The translations under genes and the position numbers were made by a program. A DNA stretch of 64,000 bases from Lingula anatina (taxonomy: Eukaryota; Animalia; Brachiopoda). Under the pieces are notes generated by a model that saw nothing but the letters and a program-made list of their open reading frames with translations, searched no databases and was not told the DNA's origin. Location of the stretch: contig CM120646.1 of the NCBI GenBank assembly GCA_051362555.1, forward strand, positions 14,012,001-14,076,000. Reading direction: 5' to 3'. Position 1 is the first letter of the stretch. The number at the start of each line of letters is the position of its first letter. Shown here in pieces: positions 1 to 12,973 of the stretch.

Positions 1-256
1 TGATATTATAACCCTAACACGTTTGTTACTTAGCCAAAAAGTACACGCGTTTCCTAAAGTGTATGCCATTTTTCTCATTCGAAGGGGAAAATTTGTTAAC
101 TGTACCATTGTAAATGGTTGGGGAAATCTTAGATGTCGTGTCATTATTATTCACAGAAGATAAACAACTCGATCCAATTCTTCAACCGGTAAATTTATCA
201 TGAAATGAAGTTACCTAATGCCCTCTACCACATGGTTTATATTGAAATGAATATAC

Positions 257-3200
257 CTTCTTCGATATGGTTGGTAATACTGGCAAGTGTGTACTTTTTG
301 TTCAGCGCAGAACACTCATCAACTGCTTCTGTCCAATTCTTCAAGCTTCTTGGATCTGATCTATCACCAAATGCTTTATAACATCTGTTTCCTAGAGAAT
401 AATGAAAGAAGATGATGTCTTTTTAACAAACAACAACCAATGCTTTATATACATTCGAAATATGTATCAGTGATGTTTCATTCCATTTTTGTTTAGACCA
501 CGGTGGAAGTGAAGAACAAAAGATTCAGACGTGGTGTAACTCGCATAACCGCACGTCTCGCATGAATGCGTTATAACCCGCTAATGGACCCGTGGTCTAA
601 ATAAGATAGATCCCTCGTCAGCGAGGGTTATGTGACATCCACTCGTGCTTCGCACTCGTGTATGCCACATAACCCTCGCTGACTCGGGGTCTATCTATTA
701 CTTAAACCACGGCTAGCGCGTAGAACAAAAGACTCGGCCGTGCTGTATTCGACATACAAGCACGTCATGTACGAGTGCGTTCCACGGTCTCTTACACTAC
801 TAGTGTAGTAGCCAATCAGAGGCCGTGGTTTAAGCCAGATACAACACTCGTCGCCGAGCTGTACGTGAAAATTACTCGTGTATTGTCTCGCCTGCGGCTC
901 GCCAATACACTCGTAATATTTCACTTACAGCTCGGCGACTCGTATTGTATCTATCACCTAACTGCGACAATACTTTCTTTATGGGCTTAGCACTTGGTTT
1001 GAAGTCGTGGGCCAACATCATGTCTCATCTGAGCACGTTTTTGTGCTCATGAACACATGGGAAACAAGTCTCTTAATTAGGCTATCTAATTTTCAGCCAT
1101 TGCGCCTTCCCATAAAGGGGTAAAAGCACAAGCCGAGACGAGCACAGGTTTGTAATAGATAGACCCCGAGTCAGCGAGGGTTATGTGGCATACACGAGTG
1201 CGTAGCACGAGTGGATGTCACATAACCCTCGCTGACGAGGGATGTATCTTATTTAGACCACGGGTCCATCAGAGGGTTATAACGCATTCATGCGAGACGT
1301 GCGGTTATGCGAGTTACACCACGTCTGAGTCTTTTGTTCTTCACTTCCACCGTGGTCTAAGTTTTATAAACACTTTACCAAGAATGTATTACATTCATGA
1401 TTAACTGACAAATGCCATAGACTCGCACAACTCTGGTGGGGAGGACAGAAAGTATATGCTCTTCTCAACCTTGTTTGATATGTATGATCCACCTGACGAT
1501 GCCAAGTATTCCAATGTGTTCGAGTTATTTCAATGCAAGGTCATACGGTAGAAACTATACATCTATATGGTAGCATTCTTACCGGGTAATAACACTCTAA
1601 ACGTCAGCGCACATCTTCCACAACTAGCTAAACCAACGGCAACGTGAAGTATATGTACTGTATACTGACCTACTCCCTGGAATCCGGGTGGACATCCGCC
1701 TTGAATGGTCGGTGTAGGGGATGGAGTCACCGTTGTCCTGCTGTCCCGATGCTTTTTGCAGATGAAATTTACCCTTTCGCCACAGTTATCGTCATTCCAG
1801 TGTCCTGTATTCATAAATGTTAGTAGCTTTCACAGAATATAATTTGAACATTGCCCAACGTTGAATTAAGGTAATTTGCCAGCTCCAAAGCTAGACTTGT
1901 AAAATGCCTAAGGATTATTGATTGTCGGTCAGGATGCGCAATTTACTCGTATATGGAAGTCACCTCGCTGTCTTTTTACAGCGTTCGCCAAAAGTTCGAC
2001 TACCAAAATTGACTTATGTCTCTTTGTCGACAAACAAGGGCTATCTACTGTAGGTACTATACTACTGTGTGTGATATATACATTTTATGCGTAGTCATTA
2101 CATTTTTCAAAAGCAGAAATCACCTCGATTTGTTTTTAGGTGTACTTATCAAAACAGATTAATGAGGATTCGAGGATGAAGATTTAAGGATAAAAAATTT
2201 GTGAAGTGGAAGGTGGCTCAACAAAAAAGAAGTCTCTTCTAAATAAAAAACGAGTTAAATAAAAATTCCTGGAAATCAAGACCAGCGTGTACCTGAGTCA
2301 GTGACGATGTCGACACATTTCTGGCCTCCGTTGTAGTCGTTGGGTTCATCAGGTCCCCATGCTATGAAATCAGTGACAGTTCCATCTGACCATCTGAGGA
2401 AAGATTCATTAATATTTCATAAAATAGCTGGTCGTTTACTGTATTAAATAATAAAATTAAATTAAAGTCAAAGGCATGAATTGTTTTGGGCGTCCGTGAT
2501 CAATCAGAATTGAACGCCATGCAAATTATAAATTTTACATTATTATACTTACGGAAAGGAAAAATAATAACCTATCTGTAAAATACAATAACAATACATT
2601 GTACGTTTTTATTCAAGTTGATAAAATCTATGTTTGAAGGCTTAACATAGTTATGCATACAAACATGCAAATGGAATAAAAATTGATGAAGCAACCGTGT
2701 ATGTTATACATAAGAATATTGTAAGTCAGATTTGGTGGTTTATAAATAAATAAAAAGACAGACATCTGATTTACGAATGCGCATTGAAATATGAATCTTA
2801 CTTGTAGCTTTCCAAGTCCAGTTCGTTTAAGCCTATCCAGTATTTGTAGACACTGGTCTTTCCAATCTGAATAGAGGTATAATAGAAATGGTTTATATGT
2901 AGCAAGAAAATAGTATTCAAATGGCGTATAGTTGTTTATCCTACAGCCAATTCCCCACTCTTTTTTCAAGAAAAAACGAGGAAAAGAAAAGTATGATGCA
3001 AATTTGAAAGCAATAAATTAAAAAATACGAATCTTGGTTTTACCGAATATGTTAAAGTAAAGTATCCCATACCCTTATAAAACCAGTACATAGATACTCT
3101 TCAACGGGCACATTTTAATGACGTCATTAATTTTACTAAATGAACAGAAGTTCTTTCCAACCACGAATTCTGATAGGAACAGGGAATGGATAGGAAAAAA

Positions 3201-5903
3201 ACACAGAAAGAATTCAAAGATTTAAAAGGAAAAGAAAATCACCAAACCTGCTGCACTAAAAAGTTGCTCTCATTAGTGTTATGTATGCTGACCAGGTCCC
3301 CCGCGTTCTGCATACAGTACTCTCTGGCCTCGTACCAAGACTTCGTGGCATCCACGCCGTATTTGGGGCTGAGGAAATAGCAGTACTCTCCATAGGAGTG
3401 CCAGGTTGGATCACAGTGTGGATCTAAACGATAAACACTTATAATGAAAATCATATACACATATACCGGATCTTTATGGTGGGAGCACCGGATCATAAGA
3501 AAATCTCAACGGATCTAAAAACACCCGGTCATTATAGTAAAACGCGGGCTTTTAATTTAAAACAACAGCTCGTAACTTAAAACAACAGATCCTAGCGATA
3601 CGTACTGCAGTTCAAAAATGAAAAAAATATCGTACATCTTATGCGTTAACACAAAGGGACCCAATTTGTCAAAAGAATCTCCTGTTAGTTTCCATTTGAT
3701 TGCCTTGCCAAAAGCAAGACCGCTTATTTAAGTTATTTCAGTTTTTTCAACAGTAGAGTATTAGATGCATATGGAAATCGCAAATCCATCATCTTTTGCG
3801 AAAACAACATCTTTTATGATGCTATCAGATATCAATAGGACCAAGTGAATTAAATATAGTTCCAACATGTCCATAGTATGCGACTGGCCTGTTTGGCAAT
3901 AACTTCTACAGACAATGCACGGTAAAATGCCAAAGCATTGATATGACATGTAACTTACTTGGTGTAGGTGACACTGTGCGTGCAGTTGACAACAAGGGAT
4001 CGCCTGAAACAATTACATAATAAATGAGATGAGAAAATGCTACTGAACAACGAAAGGTGCTTATTAAGGGTGCCCAGGTCTCACGTAGGACGATTTTAAG
4101 TTTTCTAGATACCCAACAAGCTGTGCCTAGAAATAAAAAATTGAAATGTTGATGGGGCAACGGGCATCTTTTTGTTAAAAAATCTTTTAAGAGAGAGGGA
4201 TTTATCACGAGACCAAAGTAAAATTTTACATTGAAGTACAACGATGAAAGTAAACCTTTCCTTTCAGTTGGAGCCTACCTTTCTTCAGTTGACACAAAAC
4301 GCTTCTCCTTGAGTAGCAATTGGCGTCATTCCACTTTCCGCCGTGGCGGTTAAATAAAACGCACTTTTCCTGCCCGTTGACGTCATTTGGTTCCCCTTTT
4401 CCCCAGTTAGTAAAGTCCACTATCGAATTGTCCGACCAAGCATAGCGACCACTTTGGTCTGGCATCGACAATCCGATCCAATATAAGTCGTAGCTATTTC
4501 TGAAAGATGATTGGAGATTCGATATATTAGCCAACCAAAGCAATTACACTGAGTGATACCCAATATTTGAGTGCATAACATATTTTGAAGGTGAAGAAAA
4601 AATTGAGCAAGTAACTTGGGAAGTAGCTTTAAAAACTTGAATCCAATTTAAGAGTCAGTATTAAAAGCATATATTGATACAATGATACTTCGAAACTTTT
4701 CATCTGATAGGAAAAGGTCTAGATTGTTTGCAAAACACTACGGTTGTCACCTTTCAACAAAATCTTTACAATGTATAGGAGTAAACACTTGTTGAATATA
4801 AGTCTATCTGATACAGCACGATTAAGTAAGTGAATATGGGCCAAAAGTTAAAAAATTAAGCCACAAGTCGTGTGCTTGCTCCCTTACGTATACGATGTGA
4901 CGTCAGTGCCGTTTCCAAACTGTTCAATGCTGTGAAAGCTGGCAAGATCGCCCCCTATCGCCCGGCAGAAGTCTCGAGCCTCGAACCATGTTAGTTTGTT
5001 GTCACCGTACATACGTTCCCGCTATAATACATTAAAAAGTAAAACCGTTCAAATTGTCTTGTTCGTCCTTGTTTTAGTCCGCTCTATAAAACAAATCTAA
5101 ATGATCAAGAATAACATACCAAGTCAAACAGTATTTTATAGCCTGGAGAAATTTATCAAAATTTTAGCACACTTTTAAATTTTATAAAATTAGTCCCTTT
5201 TTCGCACACACCAACCTTGTAACAGAAATCTCCAACTTCTTTCCATCCGTAAACCTTCGGGCATTCCAGCGCCATGGGTGTAGTCGTTGATGATGCATTA
5301 CCCACTGCTAGTCTCAACCCGTGGTCGGACGGAGTCCCAACATTACCGCTATATGCAAATTTTCCTACATCAAAGGCGAATAAATTATTTTGTATTTCTA
5401 TTTTATTTTATTTTATTATTTTATTTTTTTTTTTTGAAAGGCAAATCTGTTTTCCCTCCTCGTGACTTGAGTCTTTTATTTCTAATTTGGCATCGAATAA
5501 AAATCCGAATAAAAAAATGAGGTAGAGAAAGTGAACATCTTTCTCGTTTTTGTTCCTGAGCAGAAATTGTAAGTAGCACAAAGCGTTGCGGGTTTACGGG
5601 GAAATACGTAGCAAGGCGAGAAATATTACTGAATGGCACTGAGATAAATATCTCAACTCAGTACAGTCGGTTAGGGCCACCACAGCATTGTCCTCATATC
5701 AGGTAATTGAAAGGTCCAGCTAATTAACACTGATAAACGGTTAATATATTACTTAATTTATATAACTTAAAGATTACTATCTCATACTATGAAAAGGTCC
5801 AATCTGCCCTCCCCCCTTCCCAGACTATAAGAAATTGTTTTAAACCACTACAAAGGAACTTCACACATGAATTACATGAGATTTTTTCAGCGGGCCTTAA
5901 TGA

Positions 5904-5934
<31 letters not shown>

Positions 5935-7470
5935 AGGGTGGTATCCGATTATCCAACAGGGGCCTTCAGTATAAAATTCCGATAAAACAGGTAAATGCTG
6001 AGAAATATTAAATGTCCAATCAGCCTTGAACGCTGTAGCTCCGAAGTCAATCAATGTATCTACGGACATGCACATCACATACGAATTTATATCTTCGTCT
6101 TATCGCCATTCCCTTGTTCGGGTATAAACTTGAGATAAGAGCGTTCTATTAAAGTTGTATGAAGGATGAGGTTAATATTGATATCTAGTCTAATATAAGC
6201 TGCCTAGTCACCTATTGTTCATTGATAACACCATTGTAAATGTTACCTTAAACTACTGTGCCTTATTTATTGAGATGTACATTTGAACTGAAAAATCATT
6301 GAAACTAAATCAATACTAAATATTTGTTGCTGGAAACGAGTGGACAGAATAACAATTTGTTATTTACGTAGATAAATAAATATATTTGGGCATAAAACGT
6401 CGGAAGTTGTTCAAATATCTAAATAGGATTAATTCAAATCTATAAGGTTTATCAATAGTCTGATAACCTAACAAGACCTCAGCAACGTTTAAACAAGTAA
6501 GTCATAATCGAAAACCTTTTTGTGTGTATAAGTTCACTTTATAACCGCTCTACAACTGGACATCACATAAAAATATCCTAACTACGGGTTAATAAATCCC
6601 TGAGATGACTTCCCCCAAAGTCAATATTTGTATAGTATTGTCGCGTTATTCTATGTGCAAGGCGTCCTATCAGCGAACAGGGCAAGGCATAATACCTTAT
6701 CGAGATTGTGTATTCTGATGGACAATTTTAAGGAAGGCGAATAATGAATTAACTCGCACGGAAAGATAGTTAGCTAAAATAGTTTTGAATGTAGACCCAC
6801 TCGGGTCTGGTTAGATACCCTAGTTACTTACTACTGCTGTCTTAAATATTCTCTGATGTGGACAAAAATATATTTCTCGATGACGGATTTAATTACATTC
6901 TAGATTAGGGGACCCATGAGTAAAAATAAGAGTTCTAGAAAATTTTTCATATGTGCCATTGTAATTTAATTAGACTTGCCGGGTAAAATTATTCAAAAGA
7001 GATTCACAGCACACGGTTTCGGCTCTAATTTGCATATGCGCGCTCTCAGTGTTTACTTTAAAAAATCCTAACTAATTCTATTTGACCTATACCCTGAGTT
7101 TCAGGTCTGTATATATATATATGTGGTAATTAGAAAATTGGGCAGTTAAGAAACAGGTCCGCGTTGGCTTTGACTCTCTTGGTCTCAAAAGATTTTTAAA
7201 AATTCCACTTAACTATTGCGAGTTAAAACCATTTTTTCTTTAACTTTACTCCGGCACAAGACTTAACAAGTCTCCACTTTGACATGGGGTTATAAATGTT
7301 AAAAGTTAAAAAATATGCCGTCTTTTAGTCCTGAATTTTACAAAGTTTGAATATAATATATAGACAATGAACCGACCAACAAAAGATTCTAGAAAAAATA
7401 TTTACATACCTTGAAATACGAAGGCAATTGCAAACAACAGATAATAGCAATAAATAAGATAACCCATCAT
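257..7470 (-). CDS. Multi-CTLD C-type lectin, macrophage mannose receptor-like (5' part; continues beyond left edge)
   Basis: Approximate minus-strand exons: 7410-7470 (MMGYLIYCYYLLFAIAFVFQ, signal peptide), possible 19-nt exon 6696-6714 that restores phase, 5216-5348 (..CPKVYGWKEVGDFCYK), ~4888-5021 (WFEARDFCRAIGGDLASFHS), ~4279-4500 (YWIGL..WGKGEPND..CV..WNDANC), ~3959-4003, ~3249-3423 (CDPTW..WYEAREYC..DLVSIH), ~2803-2866 (YWIGLN), ~2293-2393 (WSDG..EPND), ~1670-1804 (WNDDNC), ~257-391 (NRCYK..WTEAVDEC). At least two complete CTLDs with EPN/WND motifs and the start of a third. Confidence 0.85.
493..700 (+). mobile_element. Double-hairpin non-autonomous repeat, copy 1 (Crypton-like, tentative)
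   Basis: Two adjacent inverted-repeat modules: TTAGACCACGG...CCGTGGTCTAA (493-600) and AGATAGATCCCTCGTCAGCGAGGGTTATGTG...CACATAACCCTCGCTGACTCGGGGTCTATCT (604-696). Near-identical inverted copy at 1153-1360. Confidence 0.7.
701..952 (+). mobile_element. Related double-hairpin repeat (second family)
   Basis: CTTAAACCACGGC...GCCGTGGTTTAAG (701-834) followed by the hairpin AGATACAA..CTCGTCGCCGAGCTGTA...TACAGCTCGGCGACTCG..TTGTATCT (837-952). Shares the AGAACAAAAGAYTC motif with copy 1. Confidence 0.6.
1153..1360 (-). mobile_element. Double-hairpin non-autonomous repeat, copy 2 (inverted relative to 493-700)
   Basis: Reverse complement matches 493-700 over ~208 bp with only a few substitutions. 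Confidence 0.7.
5907..5934 (+). repeat. Poly-G homopolymer
   Basis: Uninterrupted run of ~28 G in a lectin intron. Confidence 0.9.
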
Positions 7471-8156
7471 CGCAACGTGTGGCCCAAGCGACAAACTTGG
7501 AGTAATAACCAAATCTATAACATATTCAATATAATATAATATAGAAATACATATGTATAGATATACATTGATTGTTATTAGATCGTAAGATAGCGAGAAA
7601 GCTGTTTAAATCCCATGTGATGTACTTGACTGTGGTCTAAGTAGAAGTGAACTGCGATAACATCCACGAAGAGCACTTATTAATTAAGGAACAATCCTTG
7701 CTATCTTGTCAATATTAATTTTAACGATCACATGGACTGCTTGGAAACAATAACAAAATAACCGATGATCATACGAGTGAGAAATTGAACCGACGCAAAT
7801 GAGGATAAAAAAACAGGAGGAACAGTTTTGTGTTAAATGAGATGTTTAAAAACGTATTTCCTTTCTGTTCGTTCTGCATGTGTTTTACTGTAGGATGAAA
7901 TTCGGTGATAACGGCATTATGCTGACCAAGGAAAACTCAGTCCATATAGTAGAAAGAGAGAGAGCGTGCGTTAATATGTATGCTAATATGTATGTGTGAC
8001 TGAGGGAGAGAATGATTAAGTTTTAACTGATTTTCCAATCACAGAAAGTAAGGAAACCCAGATTTGTACCAAGTTAATATTTTTGCCTTTGAAAGGTGCC
8101 CAGTAATTTTGATTTGTACGTGTGAAAATAAGTGGCCGAAGTAGGGAAATATCGCT

Positions 8157-8388
8157 TAGGGACCATTCCCACAGATATTTGGATCGATCCATCTCCCTGG
8201 GGAGTCTCACTAAATTGCTGTCAGCTTAACCGGCTTAAATGTCTGTCACGCCTACTAAAAGTTGTAAGGGGGTAATTAACTTTCGTGCGCGCTCGACTCC
8301 CTCTTGAAATGATAGCAATTTAGCCTGAACCCCCAGGGAGTTAGGTCAATCCAGATGGATCGATCTAAGTATGGGAACCCAGTCTTAG
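8157..8388. mobile_element. Degenerate MITE-like inverted-repeat element
   Basis: Left arm TTCCCA..TTGGATCGATCCATCTCCCTGGGG..CTAAATTGCT. Right arm AGCAATTTAG..CCCCAGGGAG..AGATGGATCGATCTAA..TGGGAA. No clear TSD. Confidence 0.5.
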
Positions 8389-8413
8389 ACAATAAAGCCA
8401 CTCTTCATGTGGT

Positions 8414-8484
<71 letters not shown>
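8414..8484 (+). repeat. Compound (GA)n(GT)n microsatellite
   Basis: Directly visible; explains spurious ORFs 8355-8645 and 8453-8665. Confidence 0.95.
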
Positions 8485-8487
<3 letters not shown>

Positions 8488-9035
8488 TTTGGGTTTTGAG
8501 AATATGCATATTATTTATTTATTTTTTTATTTGCTTACTTTTAAAACTAATACCAAAAATCCATTTAATAATTATTTATTTACAAATTTTACAAAAACAG
8601 AATCAGAACATTATACTGATACTCATTTATATGTTTCTTTTTTAACAGACCAAAGTCTTCTTTGAACCAAACGAACGTATAACTTTCATCAAATGCGTTT
8701 GTATTTTGATTAAGTATACGCTGTAACGATGATACCATTATGCCATCATTATTCGTGTACATAAATACTTTGGAGTCTGCCAACCTGCAAACTAGGATAA
8801 ATACACTATGATAAATATACTCAGCCATTTTTGATAATAAATCATGGCATATACATTACAGTTTCGAAATGTTTTATTATTTTTATCATGTATTTTCTCT
8901 TGCAACTGTTGCTGAGTTTATGGAATCAGCCAAACTTTAAAATCTTAAGTAATATTTATTCTCTGTTCCATGTTTTTATCACACTAAAAAATAATTTTTT
9001 TAAGCATGGACCATCACTAAATACTGCACTGCCAT

Positions 9036-12000
9036 CTATTCTTCTGCAGCCTCATCTTTGGCAGTGTCGTGCACTGCTTCACGCTCCTCACCAACTTTAT
9101 CCTCCATAATATTAGCCAGCCCAGTGGCTGGGTCAACGCTATTGTCCTCTCCGTCTGTGGCACTGGTGGTACCTGTGTCACTCTCTGAAGTATCTAAATA
9201 ATAATAATAATAATTTATACAGTTTTATCAGAGAATGCATTTTGTAAACATAATTGCACAACATTGCCTTAATTACCTTTACAAAAATTAAGGGATAGAC
9301 ATTCTAATAATCTTTTTTTTTTCTTTTGTTTGAACATTTTATTTACACAAGGAACAGCAACAGTAAATATGTATTGCAGTTTAAAAGTTGGAACCGAATA
9401 AAAAAATTGGTGAAGCTAACATAAAATCTGTTTCTTTTTTTAATCATTTTGCCATACCTTTGCTGGAGTCCCCAGTTTTAGTCCCTTCAGTTTTCACCTC
9501 CTCCTCTTTCTTCTCTTCCACCTGGGGGGTGGGGGGCAAAGGGGTGGGGTCACTGGGGGGTGTAGGGGGTGGCACATAGGGGGGTGGGTATATCACTTCC
9601 TTTTCAGATATTAGTTCCTATTAAGTAGAAACAGTAGATTGAATAAGTAAAATAAAATATAATTTGCCACTGAAGTATTCAGATTATTTTTTTATACAAT
9701 TTTGAGGAAATCATGTTATTTCACTTATTTTTGACAAATAACAGAGAGCAAATATATGGTGCTGTAATAACAAGTATGTTCCTTTGTCCAAGCATACCCT
9801 TAAATGCCAAATGTGATTTTTTTTGTAAAAAAGTTCACGAACTTTTTTCTTACTTAGCCATAACTGCTGCCACCCCATGAAAATTATATAATGCTTATTT
9901 TACATAGAAAATATAATTCTAATATTCAAAATGAAAATATACTTACAGCTAGTTTCAATACTTAAAATGTTTTTCCATATTCACCTCTTTGTTATCTTTA
10001 TAATATTGCAACGTTTACCTTGACTATTGTTTGTATTTTGTCCTTGGTTTCATCACTGAGTTCAATGTCTTGTATCACACTCCAGTAACCCTTGGGAGAC
10101 ATGGTAGTAGGGAAGGAAAACACCAGACCTTCTGGAACACCATACCAACCTGAAACAAAAATGTGGACTAGTCTAATGCTAAATATAACACTAGTGGGTT
10201 TTAGGAAATATGGATGTTGAAAAACAAAAGAATTTCCCCTAAGGGACATTGTAAATGCACAGATATAATGCATATATGAAACTACTGTATAATTTTGCCC
10301 TATGGTAGTGTCTTGAAGGAGACACAGTTGTCTGGGATAAAATTTCCTCTTTGAGACAGCCAAACCCCCAAAAATGAAATGTCATATTAGTGGTGTAGGC
10401 AATATTATAGTGTGTCACAGCAGGTCCCTCAGCAAAGATGTTCTTTTCAAAGAATGAAACCTAGACTACAGATTGGTAAGAAAGAATCACCAAATGAATG
10501 TCATCAGTTTTTTCCTAATAATTAAGCTATCAAGAAAACGTCAGATTACAATACATTATACTTTAAAAAGGAAAGGCAGCCCTACCTTCAGAGGCCACTC
10601 CCATTGACCACATCTGACCACTGGGGGACCCATTCCACCAGTGAGCAAGCTGGCTGACCACTGCAGCCGCCTTGGATAATGACGGCTTTTTCCTCAAGGC
10701 CTTACCAACCATCTCCCCCCGAGCTGCAAGTTCTTCTGGGAATTCCTTCTCCAGCCACTTGTTGTCGTGAACAAGCTCAACGGCAGATCGAGAGAAAAAA
10801 GGAGGCCCCCAGATGGCGCCATCATAATTATGGGTCCGCGCAAGGGACATATCAGCGTAGCTTGTCCCCCCTACATTTCCCCATACTATAATGTCTACCA
10901 CGTCAGCAGAATTGACTTTCAGCCGTTCCGAAATGATGGCCTTCGCGTGATTTTCAACCATACGGGAAAGCGCTACGATATTCTGGTGTGGTATCTGGGT
11001 AATATGTTGATGGAGAATGAATGTGTTGAAGTTCACAGGGCCCTCTCCCGCCACCAACACACGGGCGTTCTTTTTGGCAACCTCATCCAACACGTGGCCA
11101 TAGTTTGTAAAACAGTCAGCGTTTCTTTTATACCAGTCATCTTTACTTTCCTCATCACTTTTTACAATATCGTCCAAGAAAATGATGGCTGAGCAGTCCA
11201 TGAAAGCTTCCCTGGGATTTGTCATCACTGAAACTTTGCGTAACAGCCCATGTGCCAAATCGATAGCTTCCATTTGCACACCTTCTAAATATTCCATATT
11301 CTCCGCAGTGTCAAGCAAATGTAGTGAAATCTCTGTTCCCTTCCCAAACACATCACCTTGGCCAATACTACTTATCATATGGTAGCAGACATCGCAGCTG
11401 GCATTGGTGATGCACACTTTCAGTGGACGTGACCTTGACCTAAATTCCTCTTCTTCTTTATCAACTTCAATCTTGACTTTCAAGTTTTCTTCCCCTATTT
11501 TCTTCATGTCATCACTGACAAAATCTGATTTTATGCCATAGTAACCTTCAAAAGTGAAAAGACAGAATATTAAACTGGGGATGCTTTAACTTTTAAAATG
11601 AACAGACAGGATGTTGAAATCACTCAAAATATTATACTGTACAAATAACAATAAATGAATAAATAAATTATTCTATTGTTTCTTTGACACATTATGATTT
11701 TACAGGAAAACACTCACCATAAGCATACTCCTGGAAGTCATTAGCGCCACCTATCAACACCCCCTTGCCACCTCTGTCCACCAGTTCACGCCATACCAGT
11801 GGAGAGGAACCATGTATGAATCCCCGCTCTTTGCAGGTACTTTCCAACCAATTCTGAAAATCAAGGTGTGTACATTGTGTAAATTGTGATTAGTCTTATT
11901 GCTCTGAAGAAATTAAATAGCAGACCATTATTATTATTATTATTTATTATTTTTGTGTGTGAGAGAGATCTAGATAAAAAAAGGATGGTTAATCAATTGG

Positions 12001-12719
12001 TGCAAGAAATTCAATTCAACAGCCAACCATTAATTTATCATAACATAACTTATTTTCCCACCACTGACTTTCATTACACTGAGTATCATTTACAATACAG
12101 TAACTCTGAACTATTACGTGTGACAGGTTATTTTAAAGACACAGCTGTAATATGATTGTTTTTTTTAAAGAATTTAATATTTCAACCATTCGCATTTTTT
12201 ACATCAATATATCAACCCATTCTATAAAAACATTGCACAGCCTACCTGCCATTTGTCTGGCTGAACAACGATCTTGTGTAATTTAAAATCCTCTAAATTA
12301 TCTGCTAACGTATCTGCCAGCAGTTCACACCTGGCAAAGTATGGGCAGTTCGCCGCACCTGGAACCAATTTAAACATAAAAAACCTTAAAATTTACGTAT
12401 TATTTTATTTGTTACTATTTATTTGGAATATGCAATGCAAAGTAGCATTAAGAAGCATAAAGCACAAATGCACATTACTGCAAATATGTATTTGTTATTT
12501 TCATGTAAAACGTTCTGATTGCAACTGAAAGTTGAAACGGTGAATAATTTTTGACATTGCCAGGTTCAGTTTATGAAACCAAAACAATTGAAATCCGTCA
12601 TTCTGTTTTTTTCATCAACGTTCTGATGACAAACCTACAAAATATTTGCATTAAATAGTTAATTGTGCAGTCATTTCTGAAGTCAAAATAATCCTACCTG
12701 CTAGCACGATCTTCGCCAT
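9036..12719 (-). CDS. MDH1B: Malate dehydrogenase 1B-like protein
   Basis: Exons approx 12698-12719 (MAKIVLAG), 12246-12358 ([14 protein letters not shown]), 11719-11853 ([28 protein letters not shown]), 10587-11546 (MDH fold), 10019-10149, 9458-9617, 9036-9193 (stop TAG). The N-terminal extension is the MDH1B-specific pattern. Confidence 0.92.
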
Positions 12720-12973
12720 TTTGTTTGTTGTTGCCAGGCGATAAGAGAGACATCTATCGACAACACGGAGGGTCGAGAATAGCTTTGAGAGTATATCGAT
12801 TAACTTTTTTCACTCCTGAAATTGGTTGTTATTACAGGTCAGATTAAATCTGTACATTGTGTTTAAATAGATTAAAAATATAGAGTCTCGGTATCATTTA
12901 GTGTAACTCTTATCTTAGGCCGAAATTTGTTCAAATTACCCATGAGCCTCTATTCACATGGTCCAACGTCAAC
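12720..12973. promoter_or_regulatory. Bidirectional promoter MDH1B/NIFK
   Basis: Only 254 bp separate the divergent ATGs at 12719 (-) and 12974 (+). An RFX X-box-like GTTGCCAGGCGAT lies just upstream of the MDH1B ATG. Confidence 0.7.

Noticed and set aside
691-1404. Short ORFs at 691-924, 775-990 and 1183-1404
   Set aside because: They lie in non-coding hairpin repeats and have no protein motifs.
7087-7106. Possible 14- or 20-nt lectin microexon
   Set aside because: Neither length restores the required phase on its own.
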